This document shows, piece after piece, positions 17,552-26,016 of a DNA stretch of 39,318 nucleotides. The notes beneath the pieces were generated by a model. The model was given only the letters and a program-made list of their open reading frames with translations. It was not told the origin of the DNA and did not search any database. Location of the stretch: positions 1 through 39,318 of the IMG/VR virus record IMGVR_UViG_3300017700_000487. One strand, 5' to 3'. Within the stretch, counting starts at the first letter, position 1; every line of letters begins with the position of its first letter. The translations under genes were made by a program, and so were the position numbers. The stretch is from a virus (lineage: Duplodnaviria > Caudoviricetes).

Positions 17552-17878
17552 TCATCCTACACGCCCCATTGCTCTCATATCCGACTGCTGCGTTCGCCAA
17601 GCATCGATGACCGCCACCGCCGCCTCACGCTTGTCCCGCTCCCGATAATAATTCTCCGCGAGGGAGCGCCATTCGGTCAGGGCGGATTCGTATTCCGGCG
17701 AGGTTAGGGCGGTTGCTTGCCTCTCCCCCACCGTCTTTCCGTTGGCTTGCATCTCAGCGCGAGCCAGCGTGACCTTAAGCTGCTTTTCGGCCATTTCATA
17801 CCCTGCGCGGGCCAAGGCGTGATCGGTTGAGCGGAGGCGTTCAAACGCTTGCTCAACGAGGCGTTCTGAAATGTGCAT
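17552..17878 (-). CDS. Helical hypothetical protein in the recombination module
   Basis: GKTVGERQATALTSPEY...IDAWRTQQSDMR; coupled to Gp157-like gene. Confidence 0.7.
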   Translation of the reverse strand: MHISERLVEQAFERLRSTDHALARAGYEMAEKQLKVTLARAEMQANGKTVGERQATALTSPEYESALTEWRSLAENYYRERDKREAAVAVIDAWRTQQSDMRAMGRVG

Positions 17879-18384
17879 CAGGCCCTCCGCATCGTAAGGC
17901 CGACGCCGCCGTTCGACAGCGACAAGCCGGGAATGGTCTCGCCCGCTTCTAGCGCCGCCTTGATAGACGGTTCATGCTTAACCCGCTGGAACTTCACGCA
18001 ATGGTCGGGAAGGTCAGCCGCAGCCGGAATGTCCCCGACGATTTGAGGGCCTGTGTGACGCCATGAAATCGTTGCCTCTGGCAGCCGCAAAGACTTCTCC
18101 CCGACTTCCTGAAGGAATGCCGCCGCCGACTGGCGATAACGCTCCGCACGGCCCTCTAGCAACTTCTGACGGTCCCTGTAGTCAGACGCCAGCGCCTTGG
18201 CCGCAAGCGCGTTGGCCTCGCACTCAATGGCCAACCGGACAGCATAGCGGAGGCCCTGAATCGCATCCCCCTCGCCATCCACCGTGTCGATCAGGGCTTG
18301 ATCGTCATCCTCGCCAACGATAGCGCGGACAGACTGCCAAAGCGCCGCCGTCTCACGGCCTCGCGCCTCTAGGTCAGCACTCAT
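17878..18384 (-). CDS. Siphovirus Gp157-family protein
   Basis: IDTVDGEGD...coiled coil...IKAALEAGETIPGLSLSNG; start at ATG 18384. Confidence 0.8.
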   Translation of the reverse strand: MSADLEARGRETAALWQSVRAIVGEDDDQALIDTVDGEGDAIQGLRYAVRLAIECEANALAAKALASDYRDRQKLLEGRAERYRQSAAAFLQEVGEKSLRLPEATISWRHTGPQIVGDIPAAADLPDHCVKFQRVKHEPSIKAALEAGETIPGLSLSNGGVGLTMRRA

Positions 18385-18850
18385 AACTGAACGCCTGACG
18401 AATGAACGGTACATCGTCGTCCAGATCGAAACTGGCGCGGGAATCCGCCTTACCGGCAGGCCCGCTAAACTCATCATTGGTGCTCCCGCCGCCACTGGCA
18501 GGCTTGCCGCCAAGCAGCGTCAGCTCGCCCCGGAACTTGCCGATGTGGATTTCAGTCGCGTACTTCTCAACGCCGTTTTGCTCATACTTCCGCGTTTGGA
18601 GAGCGCCTTCGATGTAGAGTGTCGTTCCCTTTTTCACGTAGCTCTCGACCGTCTTGACGATGTTATCGTTGAAGATCGTGACGCGGTGCCATTCCGTCTT
18701 TTCCTTCTTCTCGCCGGTCGCCTTGTCGCGCCAGCTTTCCGACGTGGCCAGTGACAGGTTAGCGACACGCTCGCCGCTATTGAGCGTCCGAATCTCCGGG
18801 TCTTTGCCGACGTTGCCGACGAGGATAACTTTATTAACGCTTCCGGCCAT
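18374..18850 (-). CDS. ssb: Single-stranded DNA-binding protein
   Basis: MAGSVNKVILVGNVGKDPEIR...SLATSESWRDKATGEKKEKTEWHRV...LDDDVPF. Confidence 0.97.
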   Translation of the reverse strand: MAGSVNKVILVGNVGKDPEIRTLNSGERVANLSLATSESWRDKATGEKKEKTEWHRVTIFNDNIVKTVESYVKKGTTLYIEGALQTRKYEQNGVEKYATEIHIGKFRGELTLLGGKPASGGGSTNDEFSGPAGKADSRASFDLDDDVPFIRQAFSYEC

Positions 18851-18859
18851 GATGGCTCC

Positions 18860-19585
18860 TTAGTTGACGGGGGCTAGGTCGGTCAGACCCTTGTAAAGCT
18901 CTTCAAGTTCCACCAGCCGTTCAGGCATGGCGGTATCAAGTTGCGCGCATAGTTCGGAACCCTTGGCCCAAGCCTTCGCCAGATCGTCGGGTTTCGTTTT
19001 CCGCAGCACGTCCTCAAAGCGGTTGGCGCGGTCTGCAAGCGTCAGCGTTGTCTTTGGCGGTTCGGCTTGCTCAACGGAGACAGATACCGAAATCGCCGGA
19101 TGCGACGCGGGGACAGCCTTCGTCAACAAGGCTCGCAGTTTCTTACGGTCAGCCTCAGTGATTTGCTCGCGTTCGTCCAGATCGCACCAAGGCGAGGAAA
19201 CGGCATACAGGTAGCGGCCAATACCCCAACGAACCGCAGCGCGCTTGAAGGCATCACTGAGAGCGCCTTTCTCAGCTTCAATGTCGGAATCACCCGCCCC
19301 GTCCGCCTTCCAGACCCATTCGTCCCCGACCTTGACGCCAATGTCACAGACGGTCTTTCCTGCCGTGTGGCTATAGCGGTTCTGCCACCCGCCGGGGCCG
19401 CAAACGTCATCCAGACGGCCCATCACGTCGCGGGCGTCCAGATAGGCGAGGGCGATACCTTTAGTGGCCTTGGCGAAGTTGTCGCCGGTTTCCTTCTGGC
19501 GCTTTTTCTTGTTGCTGGTCCCCACTCGCCACGACACCGCATCAGGCGGGAACGGTGCGGCCAAGGCGTCAAAGTCGATTGTCAC
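18860..19585 (-). CDS. Rad52/Rad22-family (Sak-like) single-strand annealing protein
   Basis: LAAPFPPDAVSWRV...LAYLDARDVMGRLDDVCGPGGWQ...EAEKGALSDAFKRAAVRWGIGRYLY; GTG start 19585 with GGAG. Confidence 0.9.
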   Translation of the reverse strand: MTIDFDALAAPFPPDAVSWRVGTSNKKKRQKETGDNFAKATKGIALAYLDARDVMGRLDDVCGPGGWQNRYSHTAGKTVCDIGVKVGDEWVWKADGAGDSDIEAEKGALSDAFKRAAVRWGIGRYLYAVSSPWCDLDEREQITEADRKKLRALLTKAVPASHPAISVSVSVEQAEPPKTTLTLADRANRFEDVLRKTKPDDLAKAWAKGSELCAQLDTAMPERLVELEELYKGLTDLAPVN

Positions 19586-19806
19586 GCTTTCTCCATTTCG
19601 TGTTTCTCGTAAGCCTCTAGGGCCGACTGACAATCAGCCGCGTACTGTGCAGAGAGCGGAGCGGGCATACCCTCAACCTCTCTTGTTCTTTCTAGGAAAT
19701 GCTCCCGGAGGATGACGGCGCGAAACCGGGTTGTAGGTTCGTAAACGCCTGCGTCGTCTATCCAGAGCTGGCCGTCGCGGAAAATGACAAGGGGACGGCT
19801 GGTCAT
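19582..19806 (-). CDS. Hypothetical protein
   Basis: MTSRPLVIFRDGQLW...; coupled overlaps. Confidence 0.6.
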   Translation of the reverse strand: MTSRPLVIFRDGQLWIDDAGVYEPTTRFRAVILREHFLERTREVEGMPAPLSAQYAADCQSALEAYEKHEMEKA

Positions 19807-20033
19807 TGGGCTGGTCCGCATTGATGGACGCGGGGCCTTTTGGCCTCTATCACCCATGCATCCGCCTCTTCTTTGCTTTCAAAGCGGCGGTTTGGGATGT
19901 GGGCCGGGTGGATAACACACCTGTAATCCTTCACCGTAGTCCACCCGAAAAGCCCCTTGCGCTCAACAGACCACCAATCTCCACAATGAGGAGCTTGATT
20001 GAAGCAAACGCGATAGATCGGAACCTTCATCAT
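19803..20033 (-). CDS. Hypothetical protein
   Basis: 76 aa; coupled overlaps. Confidence 0.6.
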   Translation of the reverse strand: MMKVPIYRVCFNQAPHCGDWWSVERKGLFGWTTVKDYRCVIHPAHIPNRRFESKEEADAWVIEAKRPRVHQCGPAQ

Positions 20034-20227
20034 TTAGCCCCTTTGGATTGTTTGCGCTCGCAGTTACTCAGACGGATGACGGCCTGACGCAAACGATCAA
20101 GCTGGCCCGGTTCCAGATCGGTAAGTCTCTCGGTGTTACCTATTGCGACGGTAAGGGCGCTCATCGCCGTTTCGAAGTTCAGAGACTGGTTGCGCAGCCC
20201 GCGCATGGAGTCGATTACGTCGGTCAC
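20030..20227 (-). CDS. Hypothetical protein
   Basis: GTG start overlapping upstream stop; GGAG RBS. Confidence 0.55.
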   Translation of the reverse strand: MTDVIDSMRGLRNQSLNFETAMSALTVAIGNTERLTDLEPGQLDRLRQAVIRLSNCERKQSKGAK

Positions 20228-20400
20228 AGGTCGCGCTCCTTCCATGCGTCTTTGGCGCGGTCTGCCATATCGGCTAGGCGATCCGTCATGGCGTCGTAAG
20301 CGTTGGCCTCAGCCATTGCCTGCGCTTCGTCCTCTCCCATGCCTTGATCTTCGTAGAGGCCCTGAAGGCGCTCTAGCTCTTCGATGTAAAGCTCCTTCAT
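20224..20400 (-). CDS. Small acidic helical protein
   Basis: MKELYIEELERL...DRLADMADRAKD. Confidence 0.6.
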   Translation of the reverse strand: MKELYIEELERLQGLYEDQGMGEDEAQAMAEANAYDAMTDRLADMADRAKDAWKERDL

Positions 20401-20636
20401 CACACCGCTCCCGTAATCTGGCCTGCAAGGTGCAGCCAATCCGTCTTAACGGGCTTGGCGAGGGAGAGGGGTTCGTCGTCATCGTCGTCGCTAGGCTGGT
20501 TGCCGAGTTCGTCGGCGCAGTCCTCACAGACAAACAAGCGACCGTGAGCAAACAGGTCTTGCTCGTTGTCACGGACCGTTCGTCCGCAATGGTCGCACTC
20601 ACCAGAGTGAACTTCGGTCGGGTCGTTGTAGGTCAT
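20400..20636 (-). CDS. Small Zn-finger-like protein, first gene of leftward operon
   Basis: CDHC...CEDC; GGGAG RBS before ATG 20636. Confidence 0.65.
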   Translation of the reverse strand: MTYNDPTEVHSGECDHCGRTVRDNEQDLFAHGRLFVCEDCADELGNQPSDDDDDEPLSLAKPVKTDWLHLAGQITGAV

Positions 20637-20644
20637 GTGTCTGC

Positions 20645-20739
20645 TCCCTTGTTGACCCGATAGAACCACGGGAGCGGACATGGCGTCAAGCTGTTTTATT
20701 CGCTTGCGCGACCGGATTTGTTCGGTCTATGGTTACGTC
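20645..20739. promoter_or_regulatory. Divergent early promoter/operator region
   Basis: Rightward TTGCGC-N18-TATGGT ending 6 nt before ATG 20740, with GACCG-N8-CGGTC as the spacer; leftward TTGACG on the minus strand near 20690. Confidence 0.6.
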
Positions 20740-20967
20740 ATGCAAGAGACATTCGCCCAACTACTGCGCCGCCTTCGCAACCGCGAGGGCCTGTCGCTGT
20801 CCCAAGCTTCCCTCCAGACCGGGCTTGCCAAAGGCAACCTGTGCGACATGGAAAAGGGGAACCGGACCAACCCCACCGTCTCGACTATCGGGGCGCTGGC
20901 TACCGTTTACAACACGGCTCCGGCTACATTGCTGCGAGCCGCATTGAGGGGGGAAACCAATGCTTAA
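20740..20967 (+). CDS. XRE/Cro-like HTH regulator
   Basis: LRRLRNREGLSLSQASLQTGLAKGNLCDMEKGNRTNPTVSTIGALA. Confidence 0.9.
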   Translation: MQETFAQLLRRLRNREGLSLSQASLQTGLAKGNLCDMEKGNRTNPTVSTIGALATVYNTAPATLLRAALRGETNA

Positions 20968-21244
20968 CTGGTTCAAACGCCTTATGAAGCGATACAGCTT
21001 CAGCCTTGAACGCCGTGATGAATGGGCGGCCTACTTTCGTGCCAAGGACGACAGCCGGGCTGCGTGGATGCGCGAGCAAGCGGCCATCTCCAAGAACTGT
21101 CACCTTGCCCTGATCGTGCGGGAACGGAACGCACTCAAGGATGAGTTAGCAAAGGCTATCCGTCAGAAGAAAGCCCGCGCTCCGATCTATGCCAAGCTGC
21201 GCGCGCTCTCGATTGAGGAGCTTAACGTGGTGGCGGGTCGGTGA
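20960..21244 (+). CDS. Hypothetical protein
   Basis: 94 aa with RBS. Confidence 0.65.
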   Translation: MLNWFKRLMKRYSFSLERRDEWAAYFRAKDDSRAAWMREQAAISKNCHLALIVRERNALKDELAKAIRQKKARAPIYAKLRALSIEELNVVAGR

Positions 21245-21561
21245 AGGCCCCCAAGTTTCGCAACCGAAAGACTGAGTTTGATGGCCTGTCCTTTGATTCA
21301 GCGAAGGAGGCTCGGCGGTGGTCAGAGCTTTGTCTGCTACAGCGAGCGGGTCAGATTTCCGATCTTGCTCGTCAGGTGCGAATGCCGCTTGTCGTCAACG
21401 GACAACTCGTCTGCACCTTCATTCCTGATGCTACCTATGTCGAGAATGGGAAGCAAGTGATTGAGGACACGAAAAGCCCGATCACCCGCAAGCACCCCGT
21501 TTACCGCATTAAGGTCAAACTGCTGAAGGCGCTGACCGGCGCGGAGGTTCGGGAGACGTGA
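21241..21561 (+). CDS. DUF1064-family PD-(D/E)xK nuclease-like protein
   Basis: KFRNRKTEFDGLSFDSAKEARRW...FIPDATY...IEDTKS...YRIKVKLL. Confidence 0.85.
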   Translation: MKAPKFRNRKTEFDGLSFDSAKEARRWSELCLLQRAGQISDLARQVRMPLVVNGQLVCTFIPDATYVENGKQVIEDTKSPITRKHPVYRIKVKLLKALTGAEVRET

Positions 21562-21929
21562 GAAAATCCTTCAGCGCAAAGGACCGCGCTCGCATCTTCG
21601 CGGCCCACGGCGGCGTCTGTGGCCTGTCTGGCGTCAAGATCAAGCCGGGCGAAGCATGGCACATAGAACACCGCGTACCCGTCGCTCTAGGCGGCTCTAA
21701 CGATGATGAGAACCTTTACCCGGCTCTTGTTAAACCTCACGCCTTGAAGACGAAAGACGACGTTAAGCGCATCGCCAAGGCCAAGCGTCAGAGCGGCATT
21801 GAGGGCGGTCAGGCAGCGCGGAGAGCCAAGCGAGGCTTTGGCCTTATCCAGTCTCGAAACGAATGGCCCAAAGGGGTCAAGATTCAATCACGTGGTTTCC
21901 AGCGGAAGCCCAAGGGGAGAGAGACATGA
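21558..21929 (+). CDS. HNH endonuclease
   Basis: WHIEHRVPVALGGSNDDENL...H..KT..D. Confidence 0.85.
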   Translation: MRKSFSAKDRARIFAAHGGVCGLSGVKIKPGEAWHIEHRVPVALGGSNDDENLYPALVKPHALKTKDDVKRIAKAKRQSGIEGGQAARRAKRGFGLIQSRNEWPKGVKIQSRGFQRKPKGRET

Positions 21930-22834
21930 AACACCGAAACCCGCAGTTTATTCAGATGAAGAAGGCTGGCAAATCTCACGAAGAGATCGGAGCCGCTTTC
22001 GGAGTACGACCGCGCACCGTTGATTGGTGGGTTACGTCTGCCATCAAAGAGGGCCTGTTAGTCCCCACAAAAGGCCGCGCCCCGACCCCCTCCGCCGTTA
22101 TTGAGCGCCTGCGAGAAATTTGGTTGTCGGGCCTTCACATTGACGATGTGATGAAACAGGTTGGCATGAGCCGTTTTGCCATCCGTGGCCTGCTTAACCG
22201 TAACAACATTGTGCGCGAACTCCCGCCTGTTCGGAAAAAGCGTGAGAACGATCCGGCTTGGCTTCCCGCCATTGAGCAGATGAAGAAGGACGGCAAGACA
22301 GACAAACAGATTGCCGAAAAGCTCGGTATTAACGAGGCTCGGGTCGCGCGGATCAGAAAACAATCGGGCGTTACTGCGCTGGCCCCCAAGCCCGCCTCTC
22401 CTTGGACGCCAGAGAATGAGGCTACGCTGAAGCGTCTATGGTTTACGGGCGCGTCCTGTCACTTGATCGGGCAGCAAATGGGCGGGCGTTCATCCTCTCA
22501 AATCCTCTCCAAAGGGAGCCGGATGGGGCTTCCAAACCGTGGTTTCCCCTTGCGCCGGAAGGTTGCTGATCGGGATTACGAGTCTGTTAGGCTTGCCGCT
22601 ATGGCCCGCAAGGGGACAACGCTTGGCCCGAAGGCCCGGCCCGGCCCGAAGGAGGAACCGACTATCATCCCCGGTTTTGCCCGTCCGTGGCTTACTAGGG
22701 CGCTTGGCGAGTGCAGCTATCCTTACGGCGAGCGCCACAATATCCATTACTGCTGCAAACCCGTTTTCGGGGTTAGCCAATGGTGCGAATCCCATCACGC
22801 TCTTTGCACGGTAGAACGGAAGGTTTCGGCATGA
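21926..22834 (+). CDS. GcrA-like regulator with extra N-terminal HTH repeats
   Basis: C-terminal half WTPENEATLKRLWFTGAS..IGQQMGGRSSSQILSKGSRMGL...ECSYPYGE...YCCKPV...WCESHHALC resembles GcrA; three preceding HTH-like units. Confidence 0.75.
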   Translation: MKHRNPQFIQMKKAGKSHEEIGAAFGVRPRTVDWWVTSAIKEGLLVPTKGRAPTPSAVIERLREIWLSGLHIDDVMKQVGMSRFAIRGLLNRNNIVRELPPVRKKRENDPAWLPAIEQMKKDGKTDKQIAEKLGINEARVARIRKQSGVTALAPKPASPWTPENEATLKRLWFTGASCHLIGQQMGGRSSSQILSKGSRMGLPNRGFPLRRKVADRDYESVRLAAMARKGTTLGPKARPGPKEEPTIIPGFARPWLTRALGECSYPYGERHNIHYCCKPVFGVSQWCESHHALCTVERKVSA

Positions 22835-23013
22835 CCAAAGCAGTCAAAGGCCCCGGAATGTGGACAGACGAAGAGGATAAGAAGCTACGCCGCTGCGTCG
22901 CTTGTGGCTACTCCGCTCCGGAGGTTGCGGTCAGATTGAACCGGCTAGAGCGTTCGGTCGTAACCCGTGCCGTTGTCCTAAAAACACCGTTCCCGGTGGT
23001 GGCTGGTGGATAA
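22831..23013 (+). CDS. Small Myb/GcrA-N-like HTH protein
   Basis: WTDEEDKKLRRCVACGYSAPEVAVRLNRLERSV. Confidence 0.65.
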   Translation: MTKAVKGPGMWTDEEDKKLRRCVACGYSAPEVAVRLNRLERSVVTRAVVLKTPFPVVAGG

Positions 23014-23176
23014 GGACGTGCTGATTACCAAAATGGTCTCTACGGGCGCATCCAGATCAGAGATTCAGGAACGCACCGGCTTGAGCAAGTCCGGTGTTCG
23101 CAAAGCCCTCTTCCGTCTCGGTCTGGTCGCTGCGTATGGCGGCAACGGGCCTAAGCCTAGGCGGGTGACGGCATGA
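23006..23176 (+). CDS. Small HTH protein (56 aa)
   Basis: Read by hand: (M)DKDVLITKMVSTGASRSEIQERTGLSKSGVRKALFRLGL...; fills the gap with overlaps at both ends. Confidence 0.6.
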   Translation: MDKDVLITKMVSTGASRSEIQERTGLSKSGVRKALFRLGLVAAYGGNGPKPRRVTA

Positions 23177-23523
23177 ACGCGCTAGAACGCCTTGGGCTTC
23201 TGTGTGCCGCTGAGAGGCTTCTAGGCCATAGAGGGTGCGGAGCGGTTCTGTTTGCCTTGATCGAGGCCAACGGAAAGCCCGTCAGTCACCTTCAGTCGGC
23301 TAAGACTGTCTCACGTCGCCAGCCAAAGACCGATTACGGTGACAGCGCTGCACAAGCCCGAAGAGCTAAAGACACCTTCCGCACCCGCATTTGCTGGACG
23401 CGCGAGGCTTTGCGTGATGTTGGGCTAGACACGTCGATTGAGACTGTCGCAGGTCAGGGCTATGCGCTTCCTGCTGACGCCAGATCGAAAGTGATTGATC
23501 GTCTGATAGCGGAAGCAGGATAG
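23173..23523 (+). CDS. Stand-alone OmpR/CtrA-type winged-helix domain protein
   Basis: RTRICWTREALRDVGLDTSIETVAGQGYAL resembles the Trans_reg_C recognition helix and wing; no receiver domain. Confidence 0.7.
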   Translation: MNALERLGLLCAAERLLGHRGCGAVLFALIEANGKPVSHLQSAKTVSRRQPKTDYGDSAAQARRAKDTFRTRICWTREALRDVGLDTSIETVAGQGYALPADARSKVIDRLIAEAG

Positions 23524-23560
23524 AAAAAGGCCCGGTGGGAACGAGTCAACCACCGGGCCT
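23524..23560 (-). terminator. 11-bp hairpin with T-tract on the minus strand
   Basis: AGGCCCGGTGG-N11-CCACCGGGCCT, preceded by AAAAA on the plus strand. Confidence 0.55.
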
Positions 23561-23767
23561 ACGTCTTACGCGGCGAGTACAAGAGGGAGCAAATCCCCGC
23601 CGCGCCTCCCCTGTTCCCCGCCTTGACCTTTTGGGTCCGGTGGCGGATAACATTCGGTGCGGATCAGGGCTGAGTCTGAACCGCAGAACGCCAACGGCTT
23701 ACACGGAGCCATCGACTATGCGGTTTTACCGCCACCAGACAGATCGCGCAAGCCTCCGGTGTATTCC

Positions 23768-24580
23768 GTGAGCGCGCCGTTTATGCAGCTCTATGTCGCT
23801 GACTACCTTGGCGACACGCGACACCTGACAACCGAGCAGCACGGGGCGTATTTGCTCCTCCTCATGACCATGTGGCGGTCTGAAGGTGTCTTGCCCGACA
23901 ACCCCGTCAAACTGGCCAGAATCGCGGGTGTCACGCCGTCTCGCTGGTCGAAAATCTGCGCCGAGGTTTTGGAGTTTTTCACGCCGTGCGAAGGCGGATT
24001 TACACAGAAAAGGCTCTCCGCTGAACTCTCAATTGCTGAAGAAAAATCGCAAAAAAGATCGCAGTCAGGAAAAGCAGGCGCGCGAGCTAAGGCGTTGAAA
24101 TCTAACAAACTGGCGTCAGCAAATGCTTCACGATTGCTTAAGCATTCTCCAGAACCAGAACCAGAGTTAAAGAAAGAGAAGGTTTCACCTTCTCCAAAGA
24201 AAGGCTCTCGACTGCATCCGGATTGGAAGCCAACGGAAGCCGACCTGACATTCGCCGCCAGCCAACACATGACCCCCGAGGAGACAAGACGTGAAGCCGA
24301 TCAATTCCGTGATTTCTGGATTAGTAAGCCGGGCGCAGGCGGATGCAAACTCGACTGGCCTGCAACATGGCGGACGTGGTGTCGCAACCGTCGCGGCGCT
24401 GGCCAAGCTGGAAAGCCAAACGCCGGAGGACACAGACCGAAACCTGCTTCAATGGTTGACATCATCCTTGGGGATCGTGCCGCAGCCGCAAATCAGCCTG
24501 ACCTATCCGGTGACGGGTGGCTACCAACGGACAGTGACGGGGTTTACGTTCGAGGGCCTGACACCGGACAACCGTTCTGA
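23768..24580 (+). CDS. DUF1376/YdaU-family replication initiator
   Basis: PFMQLYVADYLGDTRHLTTEQHGAYLLLLMTMW; PEPEPE linker; C-terminal RLHPDWKP...FRDFW...KLDWPATWRTW. Confidence 0.85.
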   Translation: MSAPFMQLYVADYLGDTRHLTTEQHGAYLLLLMTMWRSEGVLPDNPVKLARIAGVTPSRWSKICAEVLEFFTPCEGGFTQKRLSAELSIAEEKSQKRSQSGKAGARAKALKSNKLASANASRLLKHSPEPEPELKKEKVSPSPKKGSRLHPDWKPTEADLTFAASQHMTPEETRREADQFRDFWISKPGAGGCKLDWPATWRTWCRNRRGAGQAGKPNAGGHRPKPASMVDIILGDRAAAANQPDLSGDGWLPTDSDGVYVRGPDTGQPF

Positions 24581-24881
24581 AGCTCTACGGGCCGTCCAGA
24601 GCGCCATGACGCCGCCAAGCGTCCAGCGATGCGAGGAACACGTCTCGACGCTCCACGCGGTCACAGCTCACCGTCAGGATAGCGAGAACAGTCTTAGGCT
24701 TATCCTGCGGCTCTACAGCGATTGTCTGGCCAAGTATCCGGCTGACGTGGCTAAGGCGGTGGTTGAGCGGTTCATGTACCGACCCGAAAAGCCCAACTTT
24801 TTCCCGACGCTCTCCGAACTGAAAGAGGCTTGCGACCGGGCAGCAGCACAACGAGAGCAGCTTCTAAGGAGCCTACAATGA
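24291..24881 (+). CDS. Putative helicase loader-type replication protein; start uncertain, probably downstream of 24291
   Basis: YSDCLAKYPADVAKAVVERF...FFPTLSELKEAC; follows the initiator. Confidence 0.55.
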   Translation: MKPINSVISGLVSRAQADANSTGLQHGGRGVATVAALAKLESQTPEDTDRNLLQWLTSSLGIVPQPQISLTYPVTGGYQRTVTGFTFEGLTPDNRSEALRAVQSAMTPPSVQRCEEHVSTLHAVTAHRQDSENSLRLILRLYSDCLAKYPADVAKAVVERFMYRPEKPNFFPTLSELKEACDRAAAQREQLLRSLQ

Positions 24882-25072
24882 CCAACCGTTATCCGCGAAC
24901 GCACCACGCTCATATTCAGAATTATTCGGTTCCGACCGCCAACCCGAACGTCTGGATAGACGGGTGGGAGTTTGCTCACCGAGTTAAATGCGGAAAGGAG
25001 TCCGGCGAGATTGCTGCCGCTCAGATGGAGGCGATTTTGCTTTCAAAAGCTAAGCCCACGGAAGCCCAATGA
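24878..25072 (+). CDS. Hypothetical protein
   Basis: AGGAG RBS; ATGA overlap. Confidence 0.6.
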   Translation: MTNRYPRTHHAHIQNYSVPTANPNVWIDGWEFAHRVKCGKESGEIAAAQMEAILLSKAKPTEAQ

Positions 25073-25248
25073 CAATCTCTCACCAGATAGAGGAAGGGGA
25101 CAAGCCGATCAGCAATGCACGTCTTGCCGCCGAGCTACAGGCCATTGCTCTGACCATCCATATGTTCGGTTTGGAGGGATTATCGAACATGACGGCAGGA
25201 CGTGCATACAAAACACCAGAAAACGAACATGACGAAAATAATGGTTGA
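25069..25248 (+). CDS. Hypothetical protein (59 aa)
   Basis: Read by hand: MTISHQIEEGDKPISNARLAAELQAIAL...; ATGA overlap. Confidence 0.5.
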   Translation: MTISHQIEEGDKPISNARLAAELQAIALTIHMFGLEGLSNMTAGRAYKTPENEHDENNG

Positions 25249-25426
25249 CCACCGCTGCGAAAGGTGTAGGTTGACCACATGAACAAGCGCCCGCCAATCA
25301 TCGCCGTGCGGCCCCGCAAAGGGTCTGTTTTGGAGGCCCAACAAAAGGCCCTCAACAACGACATGGCAGACACTATTCACCAATGGGCTGAAGCCTTCTC
25401 TATGGAGAAGGAAGGGGAGAAGAACG

Positions 25427-25618
25427 ATGCGACCGAATAGCTTTAAGACGGGACAGACCGTCAAACACATCCAGACAGACGGAAGCCTCAGAGACGAAAA
25501 GCTGACCGTCATCGGCGTTCACAAGCACGCTGTCTGGTGCCGCAAAGACTACGCGTGGGAAGGCGTCGCGCCGAGTTTCGTGACGTATGGCGCAAATGAG
25601 TTGGAGTCGGTTCGATGA
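25427..25618 (+). CDS. Small SH3-like hypothetical protein
   Basis: FKTGQTVKH...LTVIGV...VWC...ELE. Confidence 0.55.
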   Translation: MRPNSFKTGQTVKHIQTDGSLRDEKLTVIGVHKHAVWCRKDYAWEGVAPSFVTYGANELESVR

Positions 25619-25815
25619 ACGACACCCATACCCACCGAGACCATCGCCGTGAAGCCGCTATGGCGACAGACCAAGGCTCTTCGCGCGGGTGGAACTTCGA
25701 CGCCGCCGTGGACGATGGCCCGATCTGGCTTCGCGCCCTTTCCGAATGCTTCCGTATCCGCAGTCTGGTTATCTTTGCGGTTATGGGTGCGGTTCTGGCG
25801 TTGTGGTGGTTGTGA
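25615..25815 (+). CDS. Small membrane protein
   Basis: Hydrophobic C-terminus; coupled overlaps. Confidence 0.55.
   Translation: MNDTHTHRDHRREAAMATDQGSSRGWNFDAAVDDGPIWLRALSECFRIRSLVIFAVMGAVLALWWL
25626..25641 (-). repeat. Cassette motif copy 1 (partial, no clear hairpin)
   Basis: CCATACCCACCGAGAC, exact reverse complement of 26013-26028. Confidence 0.8.
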
Positions 25816-25991
25816 TGGGCTGGGATATTCTTGCTACGGCGCTCCCGGCCTTTATCGTCGGTCACGCTGCGATCATGATGAGTTGGCTCGATGAGCCCCG
25901 CAAACGCCTTTGGACCGTTCTGACGGTGCTAGGCTATGGCTCTAGCGCTGCCTGTCTGGTTGTCGGCGCGCTGTGGGTGATTTGGTCATGA
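25815..25991 (+). CDS. Two-TM small membrane protein
   Basis: MGWDILATALPAFIVG...LWTVLTVLGYGSSAACLVVGALWVIWS. Confidence 0.55.
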   Translation: MGWDILATALPAFIVGHAAIMMSWLDEPRKRLWTVLTVLGYGSSAACLVVGALWVIWS

Positions 25992-26016
25992 CTACCACAG
26001 AACGAAGCCACAGTCT

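Noticed and set aside
24149-24166. CCAGAA tandem repeat as origin iterons
   Set aside because: Only three short units encoding the PEPEPE linker common in these initiators; not enough to call an origin.
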